NCBI GenBank assembly: GCA_030265395.1
Contig: JARFYF010000061.1
Location: 13,016,653-13,080,652 of the forward strand
Reading direction: 5' to 3'
Length of the DNA: 64,000 nt
Origin: Rhina ancylostomus
Taxonomy: Eukaryota
The notes beneath the pieces were generated by a model. It was not told where the DNA came from. It ran no database searches and saw only the letters and a program-made list of their open reading frames with translations. Shown one piece after another: positions 24,611 through 38,045 of this stretch (the first letter of the stretch is position 1; each line of letters begins with the position of its first letter). The position numbers and the translations under genes are program-made.

Positions 24611-25819
24611 GTCTAGTAAAGGATGGAAATGATCTCAGTCAGTACAACACAAGTGGGTGCCATTTGTTTTTCACCTGTGGAAAAACAATTCATAACACTT
24701 GAAGTGAATAATGATCATATCTGGGAAAGAACTAGTCATTTTTAAAGAAATGACTGATTCAATCAGAATTTATCTTGTTTTCAACTTGCCCATTCACTTG
24801 GCTACCCACAAGCAGACCTGCTTTTAATACTTAGCTTTATAACCGGTGTTACTTCAAGTTCAGTGGAAATCCTAAGGCAAATACCACACCCGTTCCAAAC
24901 ATGAGCTTGATTGGCTTTTCATGGCCAAGAAAATAGATGTGATATAAGGATCCTTTTCTTGCCTTTCAAACAGTTTGGCAGCTAGTTTACTGGCTGCAGC
25001 GAATCCATGGATGTTGAGACGAAACTTAATTAGGGTTGGGAGGTAAAACACAAAACCAGTGTCACTTGCAGCTCTATCACTTCAGAGTCATGTAATCACA
25101 TTGTGCAGACAGTGGATGTGGTGCCTGTAGTGAGATGAAGTGCATGGAGAGTAATGAAAGTTTCCAATATGTCGTTTTATGAAGAGATTACTACATTTAA
25201 TCCAGAGGTCAGACTCAGTTGGTTCTGTATGGGTGGCTTAATCAGATGGAATTTCCCCTTAATTAACCATCGGGTTTTTGCATGTGCTATATTGAACATT
25301 GTAAAATTACACCACAGAGTCAGGAAAATTAAACTTGAAAGCTGCTTAATTTCATTAAACCTAACATTGTCTCAATTTGTGATGTTGCTTTGAGCATAAC
25401 ACTGCCTTTGTCACCACTTAGTCTGCTCTAGTGCCTTCACTATCTCCATAATCAAACACAATTGGATATTTGCACAACAGCTCCAGAGTTGCTCTTGACT
25501 GCCACTGCAATAAGTTGAGGGAAGCTTCCCTTCCCATTCCACCTAAATGCAGAAGAGGAAATCCCTTTGGAAATTTATAAGCTTGCAAATCTTACCAGTT
25601 CTGCTAAATGGTCACCAATCATTATTTTTTTTTCTCTTTTGGCATATATTGAGATTTTTGAGCAGTTTATAGAGTCAGAGAGCACAGGACCAGGTCCTTT
25701 AGCTCACTATGACCTTGTCAACAATTAAATACACATCGATGCTATAATTTGTTCTTATTTCGGACTTTACTGTATTGAGGCATGAGTGTGAAGAGACTCG
25801 TGTTTCTTTGCAGTTAATT

Positions 25820-26100
25820 TGTTTGACAAACAAATAATTAGAAATGGGCACAGAAAATAATAGCCTAGATTTTGCAGTTAGTGGTGAACCATCACCCCCA
25901 ATGTTGAATGCCAATATGCAAGAAATTAGCAAGGCAAATGGAGTGATGGCCTTTATTACAAGATGATTTGAGTATAGGATTAAACATTTCTAGTTGCAAT
26001 TATATAGGGCCTTGGTGAGATTGCACCTGGAGAAGTATCTACAGTTTTGGTTTCCTTAAAAAAAGATACACTTCTCAAAGAGTTAATGATTATGGATCCT
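25820..26100 (+). mobile_element. CR1 internal fragment
   Basis: aaggcaaatggagtgatggcctttatta...tatagggccttggtgaga..cacctggag (KANG..AFI, YRALVR.HLE). Confidence 0.65.
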
Positions 26101-26124
26101 ATGGAGGTGGAAGAATTAAGGACA

Positions 26125-26365
26125 TCTACTTCTGCATTTCCAGAAATCCTCGTGCATACCTTTTGCTTATCAGATTGCAGTGAAGGTTGTCCTCAATTGT
26201 CACTTTAGCATTTATTTTTGTACTACAGATTGCATGACAGTCTTTGCACCATTCTTTGTGCTCATTGCTGTGTTTCTTATTCCCGTGTATGCTGTTTACT
26301 CTGAGTTTCATACAAGAAAGGAATTTTATTGCACACTGGTGTACATGACAATAAACTAATCTGAA
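26125..26365 (+). mobile_element. Rex/Babar-type 3' tail
   Basis: aaggaattttattgcacactggtgtacatgacaataaac, similar to the 24540-24610 tail. Confidence 0.55.
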
Positions 26366-27469
26366 TGTCATTGATAGGGTCACTGTCATTCTCATCACAC
26401 ATTCTGACAATAACTAGTGATTGCTTTTGTACTGTTTTGGAAAGATTGTGCTGACTGGGGTGGAACGACATTGACCAACCACATCCCCACTTTGCGAAAC
26501 TGAAACCACAAAATGAGGGTTATTAAATGGCAGTTTGACTTCACTTGTGTTTCAAGAACTGTCAAACACCATTGAGAATAATGTGCAAGGTCAGTCATGC
26601 TGGTTTGTTTTATTTCCCAGGCTTCAGGGTTCTGTTAGCTCAATCTGTATCTAATGTTTCTCTGTCAGAGTTATAAAACTGAACATCTGATTAACTTTTA
26701 AGAGATGAAGCACATGGAATATTACTTGAAAGGTTGCCACTGGAGCTGAGTTACATAAAATAGCAAGAATGTGTTACATCGCACGATGGAAAGTTATAAT
26801 AATGTGGGCACAAGACGGATGGCAATTAACTTGAAAGCATTACTGTGTGTTGTGCATGGCGCTGTTCTATCATCTGCTCAGTGACTTTCATGCTTAAATA
26901 ATTTGTAGGGAAGTGCTAAATGAGTGAAAGTCTGAAATGTCGAATGTCAAGAAAACTTATTCTGATTTCATTAATGCGTTTAATGTGCAAAAATGCTGCT
27001 TTCCCTTTTAATATTCTGCCCTATCCAAGGACCAATGGACTTTTAGCCAACAGTAGTGAAAAAAAGCAATTAGGGAAAAGCAATTACTGACTGCCAAACT
27101 CGACGACTGGAAGCTGCAAGAGGTGAGCTTTCGCAAAACTTTTCATTTAGCCCAAAGGCCAAATTCTCTGGAGGACTGGAGTTTATTTTAAAGAATCTGA
27201 CAGTATTGTATGGCTTGAGCTAGGATTGACAGCAGAAGAAAAACTTTTATTGGCATATTTTGACCAATTTGGTGCTACTACTTTATGTTGAGGGCTATTA
27301 ATATTGACGAAGGAATCTTGGCTTGCAGTGATACCTCCGTTAACTTTAAGCAGAAACATGATTTAAGAAATGGCATTGCTTTACAGTGTCTGTAAATAAA
27401 TAAATAACATGAAATACAAGCTGGGCTCAATATTCATCATCTTTAATGATGTAAACACCAACAGATAAA

Positions 27470-28172
27470 ATTATGCCAAATATTTTGTAGCAACATTTGG
27501 ATAGACAAGATCTAATTAGGGATAGTCAGCACAGCTTTGTGCATGGGAATCCCATCTGACAAATCTCTGAGTTTTTTTTTTGAAGAAGTAACCAAGAGGA
27601 TAAATGAGGGTAGGGCAGTTGATGTTGTCAAAATGGACTTTAGCCTTTGACAAGGTCCTGCATGGCAGGTTAGTCTGGGAGCTTAGATCCCATGGGATCC
27701 AGGGACAGATAGCTAATTGGATTCATAATTAACTTGATGGTAGGAAGCACAGAGTGATGGTCGAAGGTCATTTCTCAGACAGGAGGCCTGTGACTAGTGG
27801 TTTGTGATAAGGGTTGGTGCTGGAGCCTTTGTTTGTTATTTACGTAAATGATTTGGATGTACATGTACAAGGCATGATTGGTAAGTTTGCCCATGACACT
27901 AACATAGGTGGTATCACAGACAGTGAAGAAGCTTATCAAAACTTCCAGGGGATCTTGATCACCTAGGTAAGTGGGCCAAGGATTGGCAAATGGCTTTCAA
28001 ATAGCAACATTCAAAAGACATTTGGAAAAGTACAAGAACAGGAGAGGTTTGGGCTAAAACAGGGACATGGTCCAAACAAGGGCAAATGGGACCAGCTCGG
28101 TGGGCACAATGGTCGGCATGAATGAGTTGGGCAGAAGGGCCTGTTTCCATGCTATATTACTCTATGACTCTA
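27470..28172 (+). mobile_element. CR1 (HER1-like) with internal deletion
   Basis: RT region (gtcagcacagctttgt; aagtttgcccatgacact) jumps to the 3' tail near 28000; ends ctctatgactct. Confidence 0.85.
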
Positions 28173-29759
28173 AATAGATGGGATTTTGTCCAGCTACAGA
28201 ACACCAGGAATAACATTGAAGGTAGACAACATAGGATTCTAGGATGATTTGAAATGGAGCATTATCTGCTTGTTTACCTATTTTTTACCTGCTTAAAGTC
28301 TGGACTTTTGTTGGGTGGGGCCACTACCCTGTTGATTATGTTTTTATGTAATGCCAGCACTTGCAGTATTCTGATGAAACGCATAGACCCAGGCAAACAT
28401 TCCCTTCTCCAACACGTGGCTTGAGTTCAAAAGAGAGTTCTCTGCAGCAATCTAGCTGAGGACAGACAGGTTGTCCCTTTGAGCAAGCCCAGTACCGAGG
28501 TCAGGGACAACCTACAGCAGCTCCTCCAATCCACTGGAAGCGGACGTTGATTGTTGAGCAAGAGTCGTAGTCCGACCCAGAACGCTGGGAAAAATATAGA
28601 AGTGTGCTTGCTCTGAAAATTGGCTCTTCTGCACAACGTGGAGAAACCACAAGTGATTAAAAGGGAAAGTGTGTGAAATGAAACCATCCTCCTGGATGGG
28701 GCCATCCCAGCAGAGGCAGTAGAAACAGGAGGAAATCCAGCACTGGATCTAGCTAACCATCTGAGAGGAATAGTGTGGCTTTAGTAGCAAACTATATTTT
28801 ATGTCCATTAATACTTATTAATTGCTGCCTGTGAACCATGGAGCTTGAACTAAATATTTATGAGAGATTCAGAAGCTGTATGTGCAGTGGAATCTAATCA
28901 GTTGTATTCCCATTTAGTCCACCTACTCAGTACAATACAAGTCTCCTGTTGCTAAAGCTCTTGTGATTGTTAATGTGGGTGGGTCCACATTTCCATTCTC
29001 AATGCTAGTCACCTGGCAAATGTTTTAAATGTCAAGCTAATTATATGATGTGTCAAGACATGCTTCCTGTGGACCAGGAGTTGAGGCAGAATGTTTTCGT
29101 AAATAATGTTAGCAGAAAGTTAGCATTCCTGAAGTTGACATCCTGTGGTGTATTGTAGAAAGTTATACTGCTGGCATTAGAGAGCTGATTTCTGCAATAT
29201 CCCATTACTTCACTCCCTTGACTATTTAAAATTCTAATAGAGAAGAACAAAAGGGTTTCTTACCTCCATGATGGCTGAAGAGTTGGCAATCCTGTCCTTC
29301 CCTTACCCTTCATCTTTTCTCGAGGACGTGTTACTGCAGCGATTTTGCCTACTTGTAGCTGGCAGCAGAGATGCGCTGAAACATCACTTTGAATGTGATC
29401 TGGTTTATGCTGATGATTTGTAGGAAAGCATTTAATGATTAACTTCCCTTTGCTTATAATGAACTCCTTCTAATGGGTTAAGAGAAGAAAATTTACAACA
29501 TCAGATATCTACTTATATAGCAAGAATATTGCTGTATATGTTTTAACGTTCATACTTTAGTGTAGGCTAAACAATCTCTCGAGTTGTATTTGCAATGAAA
29601 ACATCCCTACATGGGTGAAATTTGGCAGCATTAGAAAGTAACAGTAAACACTGAGTTACTTCAACATCAGTAATTAATAAAAAGCTATAATTTAATATGC
29701 TGTAGGCTGAATTATGAGCCTAGTGTGGCTCTAATGTGTAGGATATGCAAGAGAGTCAA

Positions 29760-30000
29760 CCACTTGCACATTCTGCTGACTCCAATTCTGGCCAAAGTGT
29801 GCGAGGACACGGCAGCAGATTTGAGGCCAAGCTTTGGTCTGCTGTGGATAGCCCAGCTTGTTTCAATGAACTTAAGACACACAAATGATACTTTATATGG
29901 ACTTCTCTGGGCTGGTGCCATCTGCATGTTGGATGAAAGACCACTTTCAATATAGGCAGTGTTTTAAGACTTTGACTTTTGTTAAGTAATTGTTGGATGT
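29760..30000 (+). mobile_element. Ancient non-LTR RT fragment
   Basis: ILLTPILAKVCE resembles the RT pre-motif ISLTPILAKVFE. Confidence 0.4.
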
Positions 30001-30649
30001 GCCCCAAAGGTCCCCAGAAGGCCCCTTAATACAAAATCCTGTTGAATGATTTAGCTTTGGAAAATTTTGTGGCATGTGTGATTCGTTTGGTAATACAATT
30101 TCTGCAGAAAGTCTGTTGAAAGTATGTTGCTTTTTGGTGGATGAATCATACATATTAAAGCTTCTACACTACCAACTCAATAAATGCAGAAGCTCACATT
30201 ATTATTCGAGGCAACGTACCTCCCTAGCTCCACTTCAATAAAAATTAGCTAAATATTGCACGACACTGCCTTGATGCCAAGCCCTGTCAAACATCCAGAT
30301 TGAAGAGCTGCTCCTAATTGGGTTTATGCTTTCACTAGAGTCTATTAGGACTCTGTGCTTCTCCCAGCATCACTGCGCTGAACTCAACTTGAAGCATGGC
30401 TCATAGAGTTGGAGAGGTTCCCATTCCCTTACCTTCTCTGGTGTCTGCATTGTGAGATTGCCTTGTGTTGTCTGGGTTACATTGAGCTGATGCCCTTCAG
30501 CTAATGCACCTTCAACTCTCTCTCTCTCTGCTCGTGGTTAAAATAACCATTGCTTGAGGTACTAGATCCTGGCAGGAATGGGCATACTGAGAGTAGAAGT
30601 CCAGAGTGCCCAATAAAGACACGGGTTTGGAAGATATTGCTGTGGTGAT

Positions 30650-31620
30650 TAAAAACAACAATTTGTATTTATGTAGTGCTTTTCACGTGTTTTGGTTTCT
30701 TTTTAAATATTCACACTGAGCCAAAAGAAACAAAAACAGAAAATATAGGAAATACTTGGCAGGTCAGGCAGCATCTGTGGAAAGAGAAACAGTTAACTTT
30801 TCAAGTTAAAACTCTTTGTCAAAAGAAATATTGGCCACAAGCTTGGGCACAGATATGGGTTTAAAAGAGGTGTGCAGGGACTTGGAGAAAACTGCTGCTC
30901 AGAAAGCTGAAGTTAAAGGTGGGGTAACGTGGAGGGAACAAAAGACAGAGAATTGGGGGGGGGGGGTGCTTACATATGAGAGGTTGGGAGGGATCTGTGA
31001 AGCTGGGATGTCAACCTAACATGTGATGTGCTCAGATGAGGTATCAGGGACTTGGTGTGGAATATGAACTGGATGGTTTAGCTTGACACTTACAGGGTGG
31101 GAGTGTGGCGAGGAGAAGATTGGAATATTGGAGTCTCCAGATGATGGATTTCAGTGAGAAATGGGCAGCTGATGCCACTGAGATGGAAATGGGCAACCTT
31201 GGAGTTGTAAAGGCTATGGGATTGGAAACTTTGGCTGGGGTCTCTTCTGACTCAGATATTNNNNNNNNNNGTGGTGAGGATCTGGAAGTATGGAAACGGG
31301 GGGAAAAAAAACAACTGCATTGCTTTTCCTGGTGGTTATTTGGAGGAAACTGTGATTCTTTGACGACATGATGGGAAGAAGTAGTGGAGGTAGTGTTGGA
31401 ATTGTGTGGGTTAACCCTTTGTTGGTGGGATGATGTCATGAAAAGGCAGCATTTAGATACACAGCAAAAAATGAATAAAGACAAATCCTGGAGACTCCAT
31501 AGATACAGGGGATAGGGCAGAGTATGAAAAACCAGGTCCTATCTGGGTAGCTTGCTGTATGTAGGGGATATGTAGAGATGGTAGGAGCGGCAATGGAAGA
31601 TTGAGATTCATGGAATTATT
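30650..31620 (-). mobile_element. Decayed L2 LINE with a Penelope terminal piece inserted (~30725-30825)
   Basis: RLQYSNLLLATLP resembles L2 RLDYSNALLAGLP; the insert ggcaggtcaggcagcatctgtgg is the Penelope terminal repeat. Confidence 0.6.
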
Positions 31621-31654
31621 GTATAGCAGTGAAATGAATATGTACAACAGGTGT

Positions 31655-32110
31655 AATAAAAACAGAAGCTGCTGGAAAAGCCTTGCAAGTTGGGTAGTAT
31701 TGGTGGAAATAGAAAGCATTAACATTTCATGTCTAGGACCCCTCATTAGAACGGAGATAAAGAGAAACAAGTGAGCTTAGGTAGTGCGGAGGCAATGGGT
31801 GGAACAAAGGGGATTTCCATGATGGGGGAAATAACATGGCAGTTAAAGGGCAATTAAAATCAGATTAAGCTTCTTTGTGTAACATTTTGCTGATGTTGAA
31901 TAGTCTGGTGTACTGGGACGTGTCGAGCAGACCAGACTTCACAAAGAAAGGAAAAGAGGAAAAGGACGATGGGTTCCCCATTCCTCAGTTCTGACTAAGG
32001 GTGCAGGACCTGAAACATTAACTGCCTCTCTTTCCGCAGATGCTGCCTGACCTGCTGAGCTTTTCCAGCATTTCTGTTTTTATTTCAGATTTCTAACATC
32101 TGCAGTTTTC
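31655..32110. mobile_element. Inverted pair of Penelope terminal repeats
   Basis: Minus arm 31655-31830 (aacagaagctgctggaaaag) and plus arm 31970-32110 (gatgctgcctgacctgctgagcttttccagcatttctg). Confidence 0.7.
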
Positions 32111-33149
32111 TTGTATAAACTTTTGTATACAACAGGCATGACATCCAGCAGGACACAATGAGTCATGACCATTGTTAGATCCTGTTTTGAAGACATCTCA
32201 GAGAATGACAGCAAATTACAAAACAGGTCCATCCCTGAGTAATGCACATTCCGTTTAAATGGGCATCCATAACTGGATTTTTGTCTGTAAGTTGGAAAAT
32301 ACGCAAAAATCACTTGAGATGGTAACCATACCTCTGCAGTATTGTAATCAGTGGCATCAAAAACACAAGACCAATTTTATAAAAAAAAGAATAATTGCTA
32401 AAAGTGGGGAGAGAGAGAGGAAACTAGTTCTGCTGTTTGTAGGAATGAATGTAGGTATGTATGTCGGACTTCTGAATTTAATAATATTATGGGAGCTGGT
32501 TTGTATATAGGGGTGTCCATGAGTTGGGCGTTCATAACCCAGGGATGGCCTGTATAGCAAATGAAATTTAGAGAACCAAGTGGATCCAGACCAGCCTGTA
32601 GAACTGATTTAAGATCTGTTATACCATTGCTCTCAGTGTGAAGCAGCTTCAGGATCACACTGTGGAAGGTGATTTACTAACTTAGGATTTGGGTCTTGAT
32701 GCAGCTTCTAGTTCAGTGAAGGAGAAAGCAGTGAGAACACTTCCAGGTAATTGTTTCACATCACCCAGACTCTGGAGCTGGATTGTGCTCCATCTGGGTC
32801 ATGCGTGATCTTGGCTGCTTCTCTCCTCAGCCCCCACCACATTCCTGCAGCCCTGTGTACTCTTTGTGGCTGATGGACTGATGGAGCTCTGGGTCCAATG
32901 GCTGTGGGCGTCCCATGGAGCGAAGTGGTGGAAGAGCGATGACTGGCATCAGGTGATGGATCCTGATGCCTTGCTTCCACTGCACTGATGGTTCTCTAGC
33001 AGCTTGTGCTGTCCTGGATACTTCAGTTGTTTCTCAATGGATATGACAGTCAAAGCAATAAATAGAAATAATTAAAAAATAAATTACAAAGCAAAATAAA
33101 AAATGAACAGAATAAATTTACTTTAAAAATCAATTTATGTCAGAAATTA

Positions 33150-33680
33150 ATTAACATAGCATAAGAAGAGAGAGTAGCCCCTATGACCCTTAATGCCTGC
33201 TGTGTCTTTCATCAACATCATGATTGATTTTCCTCAGTGCTGCTTTCCTGTATTCTCTTCACGCCCCCTAATTCCCTTAATATACAGCAATCTATCGGTC
33301 GCTGTTGTGGGTGAACTCAATGGCTGAGGGTAGAGAACTTCAGTGTATCACCTTTCTCTGAGTGAAGAACTTGCTTCTCATCTCGGTCCTAAATGGCTTC
33401 TCCTTTGTTCTGAGACTGTGGCCCCTCATTCTAGACTCCTCAGCCTTCAGAAACACTTTCCCTACATCCACCCTGTCTAGCCCTTTAAGAATTTTCATTT
33501 TTACTGAGATCACCTCACATTCTTCAGAAGTTCAGGGAAGCAGGCCTAGTTTACTCGATCTCTCTTCAAACAGCAACCTGTCATCTCAGAAACCAGTGGT
33601 AAATCTTCATTGACCTCTATGGTAAGGAGAGAAACTCTGAGTAAGCAGACAGACCACACACGTTATTCTAGTACACTCTC
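33150..33680 (-). mobile_element. CR1 3' end
   Basis: ctgagtgaagaacttgcttctcatctcggtcctaaatgg...ctgtggcccctcattctaga is the reverse complement of CR1 TRGH...FFTQR. Confidence 0.78.
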
Positions 33681-34339
33681 TATAGAATGAATAAAATCTA
33701 CCCTGACTGCATCCTTCCTGATGCATTTCCTTCTCATCCGTGACACCTCTGATGCCCTCTGACAGTTCCACCATGGAAAAATATTCTATCTACCATATCT
33801 ATGCCTCTCATAATTTTATTTTCTCTCTGGCACAGATCTGATTTGGGCATTTCTAGCATTCTCCTTTTGGTTTCAGGTTTCACAGCTTAGACTGGCATTT
33901 CACAGGTTACCATCTCCTTTGACCGTGGCTGGCAGAATGTTGAGGAGCCAGGTGGGAAGTGCATCAGGCCCTTAGCTCAGCATGACTAAGCTCTGCCCTG
34001 CATTCAGGCCTGAGTCTAGTGATGGAGTGGTAGGACATCTGACTGCAAAGTATTCCAGACTTGTGCATTCCAATGCCCAGGTGGGGAAGTCGAAAATGTA
34101 CTGACTCATGCACTGTGGTTAGTCTGCAGTTCTCCATGGATCTGCTGATTAACAATCAACATAACTGGGACCCATTCATCTGATTGTAAAATTTCAAATC
34201 ATGTGCAAGCCCTTGTAGGCACATTAAAGAAAAAAGAAGCCAATGTATTTTGCTCAGGCACAGCCTGCATTGCCATTACCTGTATCCTGATTCTTAAATT
34301 CTAAAATAACTGTTTTTGTATTCAGTTATGTATATAAAA

Positions 34340-34830
34340 AACAAAATGCTGGAAGCACTCAGCAAGTCAAGTATGCATCTGTGGAAAGAGAAATAGTTTT
34401 GAGTCAGGGATGTTTCATCATTTTGAATTTCATTTTTTGTTTAGTGAACCGACTTTGTTTTTTTAAAAATTGGACTGAATTTTGAAGGTTCAGTAAATAG
34501 CACTCTTGTCTTAGAATTAATAACAGAAAATGCTGGCTTGGCAGCGTCTGTGGAGAGAGAAACTGAGTTAATGTTTCAGCTTGCAGACCCTCCGTTAGAA
34601 CTGGGAAAGAGAGAAATGTTTAACGTTGCAGTGAGAATGGGAGAGGGGTGGATAGGAGAAGGGAAATGTCCCTGGTCATGTGGGGTTGGAATTGTCACGA
34701 TGATAAATTGTTGTGAGAGAGAGAACGAACAGAGGGACATGGCAAAACTGTGCAATGCAGGTTACAGCTGTTGGAAGTGTCCAGCAGATTAGGCAGGGGA
34801 GAGAGAAAACTTGAGTAATACTACAGAATC
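34340..34830 (-). mobile_element. Two tandem Penelope terminal-repeat fragments
   Basis: aaatgctggaagcactcagcaagtca (~34345) and aacagaaaatgctgg..gcagcgtctgtggagagaga (~34522). Confidence 0.6.
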
Positions 34831-34889
34831 GTCTGTAGCATTCCATCAGTAATATTTACTTCTTTCTCTCTAATATCCCTAAAACTAAC

Positions 34890-35145
34890 ATTTCAGGTTA
34901 TTCACTATTTTGTGGGAGCTTCCTGTGTACAAATTCTACTTAAATGCTGGTTCCACTTCAAATGTTATCTCATTGGTCATAAAGTGCTTTGGAATTCNNN
35001 NNNNNNNNNNNNNNNNNNNNNNNNNNNNNNNNNNNNNNNNNNNNNNNNNNNNNNNNNNNNNNNNNNNNNNNNNNNNNNNNNNNNNNNNNNNNNNNNNGGA
35101 ATTCCGGAAGGGCATATGAAGGGTACAATACAAAGCAAGTCCTTA
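34890..35145 (+). mobile_element. DeuSINE 3' part, spanning N gap
   Basis: tgtgggagcttcctgtgtacaaatt...cacttcaaa...cattggtcataaagtgctttgg. Confidence 0.6.
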
Positions 35146-35249
35146 TTTTGATTTGATAAAGTGCCATTTTACATTATCCTTATTTTTTTTAAATTTATGA
35201 ACCAGATCCTCAGAGCGTTAACATATCCTATGGTATATATATCCTTTGA

Positions 35250-35385
35250 TACATATAGAACACAGAACACTATGACACAGTACAGGCCCTTCGGCCCACA
35301 ATGCTGTGCCGACATTTTATCCTGCGCTAAGATCTATCTAATCCTTCCCTCCCACATAGCTCCCCATTTCTCTATCATTCATACC
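35250..35385 (-). mobile_element. CR1 tail
   Basis: tagaacacagaacac...caggcccttcggcccacaatgctgtgccgac. Confidence 0.7.
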
Positions 35386-36609
35386 AAGGTGCTCACTTAG
35401 CTTTTCAGTTCTGCAGGGCATGGGTATATAGATGGGTACAGTATAATCACATTTACGTGTGAAGGCATTTACTTCTGCTAGCTGACTTTGTACTCCTGAG
35501 TGGGCCTTTTGTGCTCAGACTGCAAATACTGTTTGATTTTGCTGATTGTCCCTTTCCCCAGCTATTTATACTCAAAAAGAATTTGAGTATTGAAGACATT
35601 TGGGGAGTTGGGTGGCGAGCAGTTCTGACAGAACAACTGTGGAACAGAGCGCCATGAGTAAGGGAAATGAATGTGAGGAGAGAACAAATGTCCTGTTACT
35701 GGAGCAGGTGGGACTGAAAGATTTGGATTTTCAGTTGGTTTGAATGTAAGCTCTGGGATCTGCTCTGTACGTGGTGTTTACTGTCCTGGTAACCTTCTGA
35801 GGCAATGTTTGGACTTGAACTGCTACAGAGATATCACAAGTTATGGGTATTACAGAATCCCACATCTATATGAGAAGGGCTGATGTTATCATTATTGAAG
35901 GGTGATTTTTGGGAACAGTAAATGCATGTTTGAGCTGGCTCTAACCCCTCTTCACTAGAATTTTTTTTATGTGAGTGATAGAATACTGCGAATTTCCTCG
36001 CTCTTTGCAGATTTATTCATTTCTAACACAAATTGCATGGGTTCCAGTTCTGACTAAGAGATAATGAGTGGGTGCAACTACTCTCAGGGAGATTGATATC
36101 TAAGAGTTTGGAGAACNNNNNNNNNNAAGTTGTGTTTAAAATTAATTACAGTCACAGTTAATATTTCAAATTTATTCACATCTGCATTAAGGGTGTTAGT
36201 TCAGTCAAGTGGAGCTTCACATCCAGCACATCCACCAGTGTCTTTTTCAGCTAAACATCACAAGCAAAGGCCATGCCATTAACTGTGATCTTGTTAGGAT
36301 TGGGCTTATTTGTTTTATTTAAAAAAAGCCACTTGATGCACAAATGTTTTAATTAACATTCATTACAGCACACACATTTATAGGCATATAATTAATTGCA
36401 TTTGAAAGATTTACAATTGTTTAACTCTGTATAATTTGGAAGAAACATTCACAAAAAAATAAAGCATTGATCTGGCAGACTTCAAGACTAGGTTCTCCAG
36501 TTTATGATGTATACAAAGTCGGCAGTTTGTTAAGATTGAAATGTTCAATGTTTGAACTGTTGCTGCTTCGGTGTGCTATGTCACTCGGTTGGTTCAAGTA
36601 CAAAATGAT

Positions 36610-36800
36610 TTCGCCATATGGGACTGGAATGGAGGGCACAATGGTCGGCATGCATGAGTTGGGCTGAAGGGCCTTTTTCAATGCTGTATTACTCTATGGG
36701 TAAGCCTAGTAATTTCGAAGGTAGGGACATGTTCAGCACAACTTTGTAGGCCAAAGGGCTTGTATTGTGCTGTAGGTTTTCTATGTTTCTATGACTCTAT
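36610..36800 (+). mobile_element. Two tandem CR1 3' tails
   Basis: ggtcggcatgcatgagttgggctgaagggcc...ctctatg followed by gttcagcacaactttgtaggccaaaggg...ctatgtttctatg. Confidence 0.7.
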
Positions 36801-36959
36801 ATCAGTAGTTTATTGGCTCAATGGTTCTGTCGCGGGCCTTTCCTTTACCAGATTGATGTGTTTTGGGGAGCTGAGATCACACAACCACTGTTATATGATC
36901 ATGAGATTTGAGTTCTATATTTGGCTAAAAAAAAGAGATTAATTTGATATCATCTGTAC

Positions 36960-37255
36960 AGGACAGAAACAGGGCCCTTATCCCACCATGTCTGTGATAA
37001 CCATGAAGGACCCATTTACACCGACATATTATTCTCTCCAGATTCCGCCACTCACCTACACACTAGGGGAAATATACAGTGGCCAATTAACTTACCACTC
37101 TGCATGCCTTTGAGATGCAGGAAGAAACTGGAGAGCACCTGGAGGAAACCCATGTGGTCACAGGGAGAACATGCTAACTGAGGTCAGCATTGGATAGGGG
37201 TCACTGGAGAAGTGAGGCAGCAGGTTTACTACCTTTGCCTCTGTGCTGCCCCTAA
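36960..37255 (-). mobile_element. HE1/V-SINE
   Basis: gaaactggagagcacctggaggaaacccatgtggtcacagggagaac is the reverse complement of the V domain. Confidence 0.8.
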
Positions 37256-37289
37256 ACTAATGACTTGCAGTAACTGGGAACCTCAGAGA

Positions 37290-38045
37290 CACAGGTTTCT
37301 GATGCAGGGCTTTGGTCTGAAATGTCGACAATTCCATTCCCACCCCATAGATGCTGCTTGACCTGCTGAGTTCCTCCAGCAGATTGAACTGAGAATCTCT
37401 TTGTTCAAGAGTGTTCAGTCTAACATCAGATTCATACTTACTCACAAACCAAAATATGTGGATGTGGGAAATCTGAAATGGAAATAGAAAATGCTGGAAG
37501 TACTCAGTAGTTCGGGCAGCATCATCCGAGGGAAAAAGAGTGTTGGAGATCAATGAGATCAGAACTGGGAATGGTTGAAGATAAAGTAAGTCTTAGGGTG
37601 CAGAGAAATTGGGGGTGTGGTAGGAGGAGAGAACAAAAGAAATGTTCTCTTAAAGGGTAGAAGACGGGAGAGATTAAGCAGAAGGGTGATAGCCAGGTGA
37701 AAGAGGGCAATAACAGGAATAAATGGAGGTCCATAAGTGATGTAAATCCAGAATAGTTATCTAAAATGTAGAATGAGTACTCAAAATCATAAATAAAATG
37801 CTGGAAATATTAATTATCTAAAATTGTTGAACTCCCCAGTGAGTCTGAAATGTAATGTGTTCAGTTGGAAGATTTTGAGCTGTTCCTCGAGCTTGCATTG
37901 ATCTTTGTTGGAATAGTGGATGAAGCCAGGGACAGAGCGAGCAGAGATGGAGGGGAATGGAGGATTAAAGTGCTGGACAATTAGAAGCACAAGATCACTT
38001 TTTCTGACCAAATAGAGGTATTCTGCAAAGTGGTCACCCAATCTA
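37290..38045. mobile_element. Penelope fragments, tail to tail: plus terminal repeat 37290-37385 and minus GIY-YIG piece 37445-38045
   Basis: Minus peptide GDHFAEYL..VRKSD...HFN...CKLEEQ is the PLE endonuclease C-terminal region. Confidence 0.72.
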
